Assembly (NCBI GenBank): GCA_965222595.1
Contig: CBDCUJ010000001.1
Span: 235,522-299,521 of the forward strand
Length of the DNA: 64,000 bases
Reading direction: 5' to 3'
Source: Dehalococcoidia bacterium
GTDB lineage: Bacteria > Chloroflexota > Dehalococcoidia > Lucifugimonadales > UBA3495
Within the stretch, counting starts at the first letter, position 1, and each line of letters begins with the position of its first letter. Shown one piece after another: positions 18,023 to 26,834 of the stretch. The notes beneath the pieces were generated by a model, which saw nothing but the letters and a program-made list of their open reading frames with translations, made no database searches and was not told the DNA's origin. Both the position numbers and the translations under genes were made by a program.

Positions 18023-18292
18023 ATGGCCAGATTTCTTGCTACCCACACAGTCTCCGGACTCACCGAAGAGGAATTTCGGGAAAAGCTGGGGGCTGTCCGC
18101 AAATGGCGGCCAGACCGGCGCACCACCATCCTCAAGGTTTACGCCGACACCCAGAACGGCAAGCTGGTCACCGAATGCGAGGCCGCCGAGCAGGCCCACT
18201 TCGAAGACTGGATGAAAATGGTAGGCTGGCCCGCCGAGTCCATTTACGAGATAGACATGGTGTGCCAAGTGGGCAACATCTGGAAGCTGTAG
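18023..18292 (+). CDS. Small DUF4242-like protein
   Basis: 89 aa, MARFLATHTV...; AAGGAG RBS. Family assignment is from recollection of the DUF4242 N-terminal pattern. Confidence 0.45.
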   Translation: MARFLATHTVSGLTEEEFREKLGAVRKWRPDRRTTILKVYADTQNGKLVTECEAAEQAHFEDWMKMVGWPAESIYEIDMVCQVGNIWKL

Positions 18293-18381
18293 GGGTGTGT
18301 ACACCTGAGGCAATCGCTAGCCGGTTGTAGTTGAGGGTACAAGGTTTCGTCTGAACTGCAGGTATCGCGTATCGGGTTAAA

Positions 18382-18966
18382 TTAAGTGACCAACACCGTA
18401 CGCAAGTCATCGAAGAAGATATTCAGCGAAGCTACGTTTTGACGGGCCCGGGAGAGGTCCATCGTACCGACAATATCATCTGCATATTCAGCGCCGTTCA
18501 GCAAGGAATCAACTCCTCCTTCTCGAAAAAGCCTTCTGAGTTGCGTTTTCAAAGCCGCCCAATCGCAGCCGGCAGGTATCGGCGGTGTGGTATTTGCTTG
18601 GGCAATGTTTCTAATTGCTTCCTGGTCGGCCAGATACCAAGCTTCTATGCAGGGGTTTGGAGCCGCAATTACCAAGGGGCCTATATAACCGTCGGCATTT
18701 CGCAGCAACGCACTCTTGGTTTCCGGTACTCCCCGGCAGTCCGTATCCTGAGCTGCTACCACCATGTCGTATTCGGCATAACCGGATTTCAGGTAGTCCA
18801 AGACATATCTTCGGAATGACCCCTCCATGCTGGGTTTCCCACCGGTCGCGTTGCGTGTATCGAAATCGATCACTTTTCCGGGAACGATTTGGCTGGCGAC
18901 CTTACGTATAAGACTTGTTATGAAATTGTGATGTCCAACGTCCTCGAGGAACAGCCCTATTCTCAC
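18382..18966 (-). CDS. DUF4276/TOPRIM-like protein (putative nuclease partner of the upstream ATPase)
   Basis: 194 aa. TOPRIM-type acidic residues LFLEDVG (Glu) and AAQDTDC (DxD), plus CIEAWYLAD. GTG start 3 nt after the ATPase stop. Confidence 0.6.
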   Translation of the reverse strand: MRIGLFLEDVGHHNFITSLIRKVASQIVPGKVIDFDTRNATGGKPSMEGSFRRYVLDYLKSGYAEYDMVVAAQDTDCRGVPETKSALLRNADGYIGPLVIAAPNPCIEAWYLADQEAIRNIAQANTTPPIPAGCDWAALKTQLRRLFREGGVDSLLNGAEYADDIVGTMDLSRARQNVASLNIFFDDLRTVLVT

Positions 18967-18969
18967 CGA

Positions 18970-20223
18970 TTAGCCACCTAAGTCCCCACGGATAATCCTC
19001 TCGTCTAGCGCCGTGTCAATGTCTTCTGGCTTGAACATCGGCGCCTTGAGCGGGAAGGGGGTGAACTGGGATCGGTGCCCATCGCGGTACGCAACTACCA
19101 AATCAGCGTTTTCAAAGTACTTGGGCATCAGTGGAGAATGGGTCGTGACGAGTAATTGTTGGCTCATCGACCGGGCTCGTTCCGACAATATTTTGGCGGT
19201 TAGCTCGATCCTCCGGGGATGGACTCCATTTTCGGGCTCTTCGAAACCGATAGTAGTATTGTCTTCTTGGGACGACAGAATAGCCAATAAACCCAATACT
19301 CTCAGGGTGCCTTCGGAAATGACTCGCGATGAATAAAAAACATCGTCCTCAACAATCAACAACTCCACGAACCCTTCGTCGGTGCGTCGGACGTCCATGC
19401 CGGAAACCGCTGGAACGACCTGCCGCAGAGTCTTGGACAGCGCATCGAATTGTCTAGGATTCTTGGCTTTCAGATTGAAGAAATAACCCGCCAGATCCTG
19501 ACCGTTCGGTCCGATCGCCCGCACTTCCTTTAGCGGCGTATTCTCCCGCATGAGTATTGGATCGAAATAGTAAAAACTCCAGCGGGCCAATTCCTCTTTG
19601 AATGCAGTAATATGCGGATAATGCGGCGCGTATAAAGGCTGTGAGACAATAGTGTAAGGTAGTCCGACATCGTGCATAGTCGGATGTGCCTGCCCTTCCA
19701 TTCGTAAGGAGAGTTTGTCACCCGTTCGTTCAAAGAAGGGGTTTCTACTCTTCCGCTCGCTCCCGTCTTTGTTCAACGCTACGAGCCGCTCGTCAGCTAC
19801 CCTCAACACTGCGGTCTCCGGCAAAAACTCAACCGCTAGAGAATATCGCAAGTTGGGTTCAGTAACGTGCCTGGTGCTGTAGGTCGTTAGTCCTTCTCGG
19901 AGATTCCTAATTCGTTTCTCCGTTACGTTAACCGCTTGATCAGAAAGAGAAACATCAACGGTTATCCTTAGTTGAAGATTCGACTGCTGAAGCGAATGCT
20001 GAATGCCGCGTTCGGTGAAGAACGCTTCCACTGGAATTCCGCGGTGGGCGTCAAAAGCAGTTTTCAGGTCAGGTTGGGTCGCCATCGCGCTCAAAAGACG
20101 GAGCGCATCAAACAGATTGCTCTTGCCGGAGGCATTCGGTCCGACGATCACAGTGAGTGGACGAAGCGTCAACTTGACGTCGCAAAGCGATTTGTAGCCG
20201 GAAATTTCTACTCGGGTAATCAT
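18970..20223 (-). CDS. ABC/OLD-like AAA ATPase (AAA_21/AAA_15 type)
   Basis: MITRVEISGYKSL..., Walker A VGPNASGKSNLFDAL, Walker B region IGFEEPENGVHPRRIE, LLVTTHSPLM. 417 aa. Confidence 0.8.
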   Translation of the reverse strand: MITRVEISGYKSLCDVKLTLRPLTVIVGPNASGKSNLFDALRLLSAMATQPDLKTAFDAHRGIPVEAFFTERGIQHSLQQSNLQLRITVDVSLSDQAVNVTEKRIRNLREGLTTYSTRHVTEPNLRYSLAVEFLPETAVLRVADERLVALNKDGSERKSRNPFFERTGDKLSLRMEGQAHPTMHDVGLPYTIVSQPLYAPHYPHITAFKEELARWSFYYFDPILMRENTPLKEVRAIGPNGQDLAGYFFNLKAKNPRQFDALSKTLRQVVPAVSGMDVRRTDEGFVELLIVEDDVFYSSRVISEGTLRVLGLLAILSSQEDNTTIGFEEPENGVHPRRIELTAKILSERARSMSQQLLVTTHSPLMPKYFENADLVVAYRDGHRSQFTPFPLKAPMFKPEDIDTALDERIIRGDLGG

Positions 20224-20304
20224 CGTGGCTTATATTCTAGCATTATGACGCTCCTCCCCTCGCTATCCTATTGTGCTGTACAGCATTCCCCTCGTTAGAA
20301 CAAT

Positions 20305-20829
20305 CTACCCCACCAACCCCAATTCTCTCAACGGCCAGCACCTGATCCAAACTCGGCCTATGATCTGGTCGAAGGGGACCGGGCCGAAGGCGCGGCTGTC
20401 GTCCTTGGCTTGACGGTTGTCGCACAGCACGAAGACCTCCTCCGGACCGTTCCACCACGTCTGTTGCGGCTCGGCGTTTACACCCGGATATCCCAGCGGG
20501 GGGGCTACCAGGTACTCCTCTGGCAGCAGCACGTCGTCGGCGTAGACCCTCCCCCCGGCCATCTTCACTTCTTCGTCGGGAAGGGCCACGATCCGCTTGA
20601 TGTAGATTCCTTCGGGCAGACCGGGTCGCCGCAGCACCACCACGTCGCCCCGTTGGAGATAGTTCCAAGAGAAGACAGGCCGCACGACCAAGACCGACTG
20701 TCCGTGTTCCAGCGTGGGGCTCATGCTGTCGCCCTCCACCCGGAACCGGGCGGAAAACAGCAGGTTGACTAAGTTCTGGGCCCAGGAGAGGGGCGGGCCA
20801 GCGGGTCGTAACGAACGTCTGGTAGCCAT
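20305..20829 (-). CDS. lepB: Signal peptidase I (S26 family)
   Basis: GDSMSPTL (Ser nucleophile box), KRIVALPDE (Lys box), LCDNRQAKDDSR. Confidence 0.85.
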   Translation of the reverse strand: MATRRSLRPAGPPLSWAQNLVNLLFSARFRVEGDSMSPTLEHGQSVLVVRPVFSWNYLQRGDVVVLRRPGLPEGIYIKRIVALPDEEVKMAGGRVYADDVLLPEEYLVAPPLGYPGVNAEPQQTWWNGPEEVFVLCDNRQAKDDSRAFGPVPFDQIIGRVWIRCWPLRELGLVG

Positions 20830-20981
20830 GGGAGCCCCAGTATTCTAGGTTTGAACCGGACTGAGCCGCAACTAACAGCCCGGTCCGGCCGGCAAGTGGC
20901 TCCTAGACTAACCACCGGCGCTAACCTACAATCCCGGCAGCAACGAGAAGGAACATCGACCAACCACCGCAGGAGGCAACG

Positions 20982-22049
20982 ATGGAAAACGGCTTGATCC
21001 GAATAGGCTTGATCGGCGCCGGGGCCAACACCCGTCTCCGCCACATTCCCGGTTTCAGGGAACAGTCCGGAGTGGAAATCGTCGCCGTGGCCAACCGGAG
21101 CCGGGAGTCGGGTAAACGCATCGCGAGCGAGTACGAAATCCCCAAGGTCTACGACAACTGGCTGGAGTTGATGGAAGACGACAGCATCGACGCCGTCTGC
21201 GTCGGCACCTGGCCTTACATGCACCGCAACCTGGTGCTGGCCGCCTTGGAAGCCGACAAGCACGTACTCACCGAAGCCCGCATGGCCATGAACGCCCAAG
21301 AGGCCCACGACATGCTGGACGCCTCCCGCCAGTTCCCTCACCTGGTCACCCAGATAGTGCCCGCCCCCCAGACCCTGGAGGTCGACGCTACCGTCAAGGA
21401 ATATGTGGCCAACGGTTACTTGGGCGAAATCCTGGCGGTGCGGCTGCGGGTCTGCGACTATCACGGCCGCAGCAACCGGGCTGACACCTTCATCGACACC
21501 GAAGCGCCGTTGCACTGGAGGCAAGACCGCACTCTAAGCGGCTACAACATCCTGGGCATGGGCATCGGGTATGAGACCGTCATGCGGTACGTCGGTCCCG
21601 CTACCCGCGTTTCCGCCATGACCAAGGTGTTCGCCAACAGGCGCCGCGACGAGAACGGGATCGTACAGGCAGTGTCGGTGCCCGACCACGTCAACGTCCT
21701 GTGCGAGATGGCCTGCGGAGCCCAGGCCGACTTCAGCTGGAGCACCGTGACCGGTCTGCAGACCGGCACCGATTTCTGGATTTTCGGCTCCGACGGGACC
21801 ATCAGCCTGCAGGGTCCGCCTTTCAACAAGGTCCTGGGCGGCAAAAGAGGGGCCGAGCAGCTTGAGGAATTGCCCATTGCGCCGGAGATGCGGGGCAAGT
21901 GGCGGGCGGAGGAGGAGTTCTGCAACGCCATCCGTGGCACGGAGTCTATCACCCACACTCCCTTCGACATCGGCGTGCAATACATGGAGTTCACCGAGGC
22001 GGTGACCCGCAGTGCCCAAACCGGACAGGCGGTGTCGCTGCCGCTTTAG
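20982..22049 (+). CDS. Gfo/Idh/MocA family oxidoreductase (paralog 1)
   Basis: IRIGLIGAGANTRLRHIPGF Rossmann N-terminus. Shares long identical blocks with 22909..23946 (VAVANRSRESG, YDNW.EL.ED, GTWPYMHR, FTEAVTRSAQTGQAV). Confidence 0.85.
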   Translation: MENGLIRIGLIGAGANTRLRHIPGFREQSGVEIVAVANRSRESGKRIASEYEIPKVYDNWLELMEDDSIDAVCVGTWPYMHRNLVLAALEADKHVLTEARMAMNAQEAHDMLDASRQFPHLVTQIVPAPQTLEVDATVKEYVANGYLGEILAVRLRVCDYHGRSNRADTFIDTEAPLHWRQDRTLSGYNILGMGIGYETVMRYVGPATRVSAMTKVFANRRRDENGIVQAVSVPDHVNVLCEMACGAQADFSWSTVTGLQTGTDFWIFGSDGTISLQGPPFNKVLGGKRGAEQLEELPIAPEMRGKWRAEEEFCNAIRGTESITHTPFDIGVQYMEFTEAVTRSAQTGQAVSLPL

Positions 22050-22061
22050 GCGGAGGAGGTT

Positions 22062-22916
22062 ATGGGAGAGTTTACCTGGCAGATCGGCGTCTGGAGCGCC
22101 GACCGGGAGCACTTAGAAACGGTGGCCGCGCTGGTTGATACCGGCTCTTCCTATTCAGCGTTTCCCCGGACTATGCTCGAACGTCTGGGGATTGTACCGC
22201 GTTTCCTCCTGCCTTTCGAGATGGCCGACGGCAGCATCATCCAGAGAGATGTCGGCTTGGCTATGCTGGTGATTAACGACAGCGAGAGCTCCATGCGCGT
22301 CACATTCGGTGATGACGACGCCGAGCCCTTAATCGGCGCCAATGCGCTGCAAGAATTTTTGCTTATGGTAGACCCGGTTGAGGAACGGCTGATTCCCCGG
22401 ACAGGAAGAATGAAGCCGTTGAGGAGGGGGCAGCGAAATGGGATGTTTTATTGCTCCATAGAAGTCGGCGATCTGAACGGCGACAACTTAGAGACCGTGG
22501 AGGTACTGGCAAGCAGCAGGCCCGGATTCTTGCATCTCCCGCAGACGCTTCTTTACCGGCTTGGTATTTCACCCACAAGAATGTTGATATTTAAGAGTCC
22601 CGACGGGAACATCGTCGAACTGGGAGTCGCCGACGCACGGGTGCGGCTTGACGACCGGAGCGCGTCGACGCCGGTGGTCTTTGATGAAGACGCTGCCCCG
22701 GCGCGGCTGGGCCACGTCACGCTGGCCGGCCTCGGCCTGAAAGTTGACCCGGCGCAAAACCGCTTGGTTGATGAACTGCCACTGATGAAGCTGCCAGGAT
22801 GGTACGAAAAACAGCGATTACTGAAGGAATGGATGGAGCGGAATTGGCCAGAGCATAAGGCGCCCCGCGGATCTAACTCAAACCGTCCACCAGCAAGGGA
22901 GAATCACCATGGCTAG
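22062..22916 (+). CDS. Tandem retropepsin-like (clan AA) aspartic protease domains; the second domain lacks DTG
   Basis: Domain 1 has ALVDTGSSYSAF. Domain 2 aligns with it (MFYCSIEVGDLNGDNLETVEVLASSRPGFLHL...GLKVDPAQNRL) but has SSR in place of DTG. Overlaps the next gene start by 8 nt. Confidence 0.7.
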   Translation: MGEFTWQIGVWSADREHLETVAALVDTGSSYSAFPRTMLERLGIVPRFLLPFEMADGSIIQRDVGLAMLVINDSESSMRVTFGDDDAEPLIGANALQEFLLMVDPVEERLIPRTGRMKPLRRGQRNGMFYCSIEVGDLNGDNLETVEVLASSRPGFLHLPQTLLYRLGISPTRMLIFKSPDGNIVELGVADARVRLDDRSASTPVVFDEDAAPARLGHVTLAGLGLKVDPAQNRLVDELPLMKLPGWYEKQRLLKEWMERNWPEHKAPRGSNSNRPPARENHHG

Positions 22917-23946
22917 CGAAGGTATACGAGTCGGCCTAATCGGGGCCGGCCGGAACACCCGGGACCGCCATATTCCGGGTTTCCAAGAGGTAAACGGCGT
23001 GGAGATAGTCGCGGTGGCCAACCGCTCCCGGGAATCCGGGCGTCAGGCGGCCGACCAGTTCAACATCCCCACCGTCTACGACAACTGGCAGGAGCTGCTG
23101 GAAGACCCGACCATCGACGCCGTCTGCATCGGCACCTGGCCCTACATGCACCGGGTGTTGACCATCTCGGCCCTCGAGGCGGGCAAGCACGTGCTCTGCG
23201 AGGCCCGGATGGCGGCCACCGCCCAAGAAGCCCACGACATGCTCGACGCCTCGCGGGCCCGCCCCGACTTGGTCACCCAGATCGTGCCTTCCCCTCTTAC
23301 CTTCAAGGTGGACAACCTGTTGCAACAGAAGATCGCGGAGGGTTACGTGGGTCACATCCTGGCGGTCTCGGTCCAATCGTTGGCCCCCGCATTCATGGAG
23401 GCCGGAGGGCCGATGCACTGGCGCAACGACCGCGACCTGAGCGGCTTTAACATCCTCAACATGGGGATCTGGTACGAGGCCATGATCCGTTGGGTGGGGC
23501 GCGCTAACAACGTAATGGCGATGACCAGCATCAACGCTTCCCACCGGACCGGCGAAGACGGCAACCGTGTGCCGGTCAGTATCCCCGACCACGTCGACAT
23601 TCTGGCCGGGTTGGCCAACGGGGCCCAAGCCAACTTGCGCTTCAGCGCGGTGACCGGCCTCGCGCCCGGGAACGACGTTTGGATCTATGGCGCCGAGGGC
23701 ACTCTGCGGTTGGACTCGGGGTTGAACGTCTGGGGCGGCAAGCGCGGCGAACACCAGCTGGCGGAAATCCCCAATCCCGCCGAAGGACAGGCCTACTGGC
23801 GGGTGGAAGAGGAGTTCTGCAGCGCCATACGCGGCCAGGAAAGAATCACCCGCACCCCCTTCGACGTCGGCGTCCACTACATGGAGTTCACCGAGGCCGT
23901 CACCCGCAGCGCCCAGACCGGCCAAGCGGTAGCCCTGCCGTTATAG
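22909..23946 (+). CDS. Gfo/Idh/MocA family oxidoreductase (paralog 2)
   Basis: IRVGLIGAGRNTRDRHIPGF. Paralog of 20982..22049. Confidence 0.85.
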   Translation: MASEGIRVGLIGAGRNTRDRHIPGFQEVNGVEIVAVANRSRESGRQAADQFNIPTVYDNWQELLEDPTIDAVCIGTWPYMHRVLTISALEAGKHVLCEARMAATAQEAHDMLDASRARPDLVTQIVPSPLTFKVDNLLQQKIAEGYVGHILAVSVQSLAPAFMEAGGPMHWRNDRDLSGFNILNMGIWYEAMIRWVGRANNVMAMTSINASHRTGEDGNRVPVSIPDHVDILAGLANGAQANLRFSAVTGLAPGNDVWIYGAEGTLRLDSGLNVWGGKRGEHQLAEIPNPAEGQAYWRVEEEFCSAIRGQERITRTPFDVGVHYMEFTEAVTRSAQTGQAVALPL

Positions 23947-23968
23947 TGCTATCGAAGCGAGGGAACGA

Positions 23969-24325
23969 ATGGGAACGTTCAACTGTTCGGTCAGGCTAAC
24001 CAGCTTCGACGGCGAAAAGTCTGTAGACGTGGACGCGCTGGTCGATACCGGCGCCAGCTACAGCGTGTTTCCTGCCAGTCTGTTGGCCGACCTAGGGGTT
24101 TCGCCGGGCGATCGTGGCGAGTTTGAATACGGGGACGGTCGGCGCGCCGAGTTGGATTTAGGTCAACACTGGATCACGGTCGATGGTCGAAGTACTGTCA
24201 CTTGGTCAATATTCGGCGAGGATGAATCGACATTCCTGTTGGGGTCCTACGCGCTTGAAGGGGTGCGGCTTGGCGTAGACCCCTACTCCCAAAGGCTTAT
24301 CCCGATCATCGGGTTGATCAAGTAA
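23969..24325 (+). CDS. Single-domain retropepsin-like (clan AA) aspartic protease
   Basis: 118 aa. ALVDTGASYSVFPASLLADLGV and C-terminal GVRLGVDPYSQRLIP align with both domains of 22062..22916. Confidence 0.7.
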   Translation: MGTFNCSVRLTSFDGEKSVDVDALVDTGASYSVFPASLLADLGVSPGDRGEFEYGDGRRAELDLGQHWITVDGRSTVTWSIFGEDESTFLLGSYALEGVRLGVDPYSQRLIPIIGLIK

Positions 24326-24336
24326 AGATACACCCT

Positions 24337-24879
24337 CTACCTGTCCAGCAAATGCCGCATCGCCTGCGGGGCGGCCGTGGCGGCCCGTTCCCGAAGCTCA
24401 GAAACGGTCAACGTGACAATCGGGTGGTCGATGATCGCCAAGCCGTAGTCCGCGTCCCCCCGCATCCGGGCCATGGCGCGGGCTTGACTCACGAAGGGCT
24501 TGGTGGTCAACACCGTGGAGGCCACCCCCAGCAGCTCCATCTCCATCGCGTCGTGCACACTGCACGAGGTGCAGGAGCCTCATTCCGCCGTGGCGTGAAT
24601 CATCACGTCGCAGCGTTGGGCCAAGTCTTCCAACGCGCTGCGGTCGGCAGGCCATTGGTGGCCGCCCTTGTTGTATTCCAGCACTTCCTTCAGCGAATAC
24701 CGCTCGCCAATGGTCTCGGCCATCATACGCAACAGGTCCTCGGAGTGGGGCTTGTTGTTGGACAACAGTCCCAGCACCCTGCCATTGAGGCTGGCCGGGC
24801 GGGCGGCCAGCACAGCCTGGGTTGGCTGGTCGCGGTCCCGGGGGTCAAGGGCGTAAATACCTCTTGGTGATTCCGGCAT
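24337..24879 (-). CDS. UGSC-motif (UxxCxxC) protein, predicted selenoprotein with in-frame UGA at 24580-24582
   Basis: Track ORFs 24580..24879 and 24337..24558 share one frame and are separated only by TGA. The joined reading is ...CDVMIHATAE-U-GSCTSCSVHDAMEMELLGVASTVL... A stem-loop CTGCAC/CTC/GTGCAG (24560-24574) starts 5 nt after the UGA. Confidence 0.7.
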
Positions 24880-24912
24880 TTCCGATTTCCCTCCGGTGGC
24901 TCCCGGTGATTT

Positions 24913-25929
24913 TTACCGGGGGACCGTGATTTCCCTCGTAACCGAACGGCTGCTGCCCCAAGAAGTGATGGCGGCCATGAACTCCCCCGCATCCCCTCCG
25001 GCCGGCGCCACCGTGATACGTCCTGGTTCCGGGACGACACCGATGAGCCTCTCCCGGTCCGCCTCGGGCCCCAGCCGGTCGATGCGCCGCCACCGGTCCC
25101 ACTCCCCGGCGGGCAGCCGGGTCTTTTCGTAGACAAAGGCGGCGACTTGTTCCCGGGTCCAACCGAACGCGGCGATGTAGGCCATGAGCTCCTGGCTGAT
25201 CACCAAGACGACTTCCGAGATAGACGGTCCGAGGCCGAGCATGGCATGGGACGCGGCGGTGAGGAAACCTTCCGGCTCCCGGTCACCGTGGCCCTCCAAC
25301 TGCAACGGCGCGTTGGCGGCGACCATGGTGACGGTGCTGGAGCCTTCGTGGAAACCCTTGGCCTCCGCCAATGACCCCCAAGGGCTGGTATCGACGTCTT
25401 CAGCGAAGCAAAAGCTGTATTTGCCGGGATGGCCGAAGGTGCTTTTGTCCATGTCTTGAGCTACCGAACCGTAGTAGTTGGCTTTGACCAGGTTGATCGC
25501 TCGTCCGATGGCCGCGTTGGCCCGGTTCGCCTGCCCCATGAGGTTGACTCCCGGGTTCATGCCGATGTGGGAGGCGTAGGGGCCGCTCACTATCACGAGG
25601 TTCGCGATGCCGTTGGTGGATGTGCTGCTGGCGTGAAGATTATAAGTCCGGTCGCAGACCGCCGAAATTGCCGCCGCGACCACCGGAAAATGCTCCGGCA
25701 GGCAGCCAGCCATCACCGCGTTGACCGCCACGCTCTCAGCCTGAAACGTCTTGCGGCGAATGCCCTCGACACCCAGAACATAATCCGGAGCAAGGCTGCA
25801 ATATTCCAGCATTGCTGAGACGCGCTCCGGGGTGGGCGGAACGATTGGCAGGCCGTCAGTCAGCCCTTCCCGGAAGTAAAATTCCTGGGCCTCGTCCCAA
25901 TCGTTGAAGTGAAAATGCTCGGACAGCAT
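24913..25929 (-). CDS. Conserved hypothetical protein (338 aa), first gene of the UGSC operon
   Basis: Long ORF on the same strand, 34 nt upstream of the UGSC gene. Contains GLTDGLPIVPPTPERV...AVNAVMAGCLPEHFPV. I do not recognise the family. Confidence 0.6.
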   Translation of the reverse strand: MLSEHFHFNDWDEAQEFYFREGLTDGLPIVPPTPERVSAMLEYCSLAPDYVLGVEGIRRKTFQAESVAVNAVMAGCLPEHFPVVAAAISAVCDRTYNLHASSTSTNGIANLVIVSGPYASHIGMNPGVNLMGQANRANAAIGRAINLVKANYYGSVAQDMDKSTFGHPGKYSFCFAEDVDTSPWGSLAEAKGFHEGSSTVTMVAANAPLQLEGHGDREPEGFLTAASHAMLGLGPSISEVVLVISQELMAYIAAFGWTREQVAAFVYEKTRLPAGEWDRWRRIDRLGPEADRERLIGVVPEPGRITVAPAGGDAGEFMAAITSWGSSRSVTREITVPR

Positions 25930-26000
25930 GGCGCCACTTTAAGACACAAGCCGCCCCAGGCGCAATTGCCGGTAATCTCTCCCCCGGTCCCCCTCCCTTG

Positions 26001-26060
26001 GTATCCAGGAGGGCCCGGTGGTATCCAGGAGGGCCCGGTGGTATCCAGGAGGGCCCGGGT
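26001..26060. repeat. Three tandem copies of a 20-bp unit GTATCCAGGAGGGCCCGGTG
   Basis: Units at 26001-26020, 26021-26040 and 26041-26060 (the last ends GGT instead of GTG). Lies 72-131 nt upstream of the minus-strand start at 25929. Confidence 0.9.
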
Positions 26061-26313
26061 CGGAACAAGAGTCTGCCAAAAGATCCAGACCGGCCGTACC
26101 GCGGCGCCGCCCCCTACTCCCCCATGTATGCAGACGGACGGACCGGGCACGGCCGGCCTGGATCCCTGCCCTCCGGCCTCGAGGTGTTGGGGCCCCTTGA
26201 GCCGGAGGGCGGGGAGTGGAATCCCGGTGAACGGTCGCTACTTATCCGTCCTAGGCCGTTCCAAGATCAAAAGCGGAATGCAATATATCGCCTGGGCCAT
26301 CGTTGTCTGCCTC

Positions 26314-26823
26314 CTAGATAATTCTTCCCGAAGCGTCCAAAGACGGAGCGATAGGCAGATAGCGGGTGAGACTGTCCAGGCACCGTCCCCAACCCTGGTT
26401 GTGTTCGTCGCGCATGTTTTCGTCGGGGAACATTTCGTGAGTGAGTCTGACCTCGGTCGACCCGTCCCGGTCAAAGAACTCGATAGTAACCAGGGTTTCG
26501 GTCGGCGCCCAGTCCGCGGCGTACGGCGCCGGCGCGGCCTCCCATTTCCAGGTGAAGACCAGCTTCTCCGGTGGAGTGATCTCTCTATATACCCCGGTTA
26601 CAATAAAAGGCTGTTCTTGATCTGGCACCTGCATTCCCAAGCGATAACTGCCGCCGGTCCGCAGGTCGACCTCCGCAATAGGCACGGTGAAATCCTCCTG
26701 CACGGCCCACCACCGGTGCAGGTGCGCCGGATTGGTCCATGCTTCGAACACCCGCTCCCTGGGGGCGTTGATGGTGCGGTTGATTACCACGCTGAAGGTC
26801 GGGTCGGGGGTTGGCTGGGTCAT
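26314..26823 (-). CDS. SRPBCC/AHSA1 (Aha1-like) domain protein
   Basis: INAPRERVFEAWTNPAHLHRWW...TGVYREITPPEKLVFTW pattern. Directly downstream of an ArsR-type regulator, a common pairing. Confidence 0.75.
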   Translation of the reverse strand: MTQPTPDPTFSVVINRTINAPRERVFEAWTNPAHLHRWWAVQEDFTVPIAEVDLRTGGSYRLGMQVPDQEQPFIVTGVYREITPPEKLVFTWKWEAAPAPYAADWAPTETLVTIEFFDRDGSTEVRLTHEMFPDENMRDEHNQGWGRCLDSLTRYLPIAPSLDASGRII

Positions 26824-26834
26824 TGGGAGTCCTT

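Noticed and set aside
26001-26060. CRISPR array.
   Set aside because: The three 20-bp units are directly adjacent with no spacers. No cas genes are in the window.
26166-26210. Strong imperfect hairpin CCCTCCGGCCTCGAGG...CCTTGAGCCGGAGGG downstream of the SRPBCC gene, as a terminator.
   Set aside because: There is no T/U run on either strand. The structure alone is not enough to call a terminator or an ncRNA.
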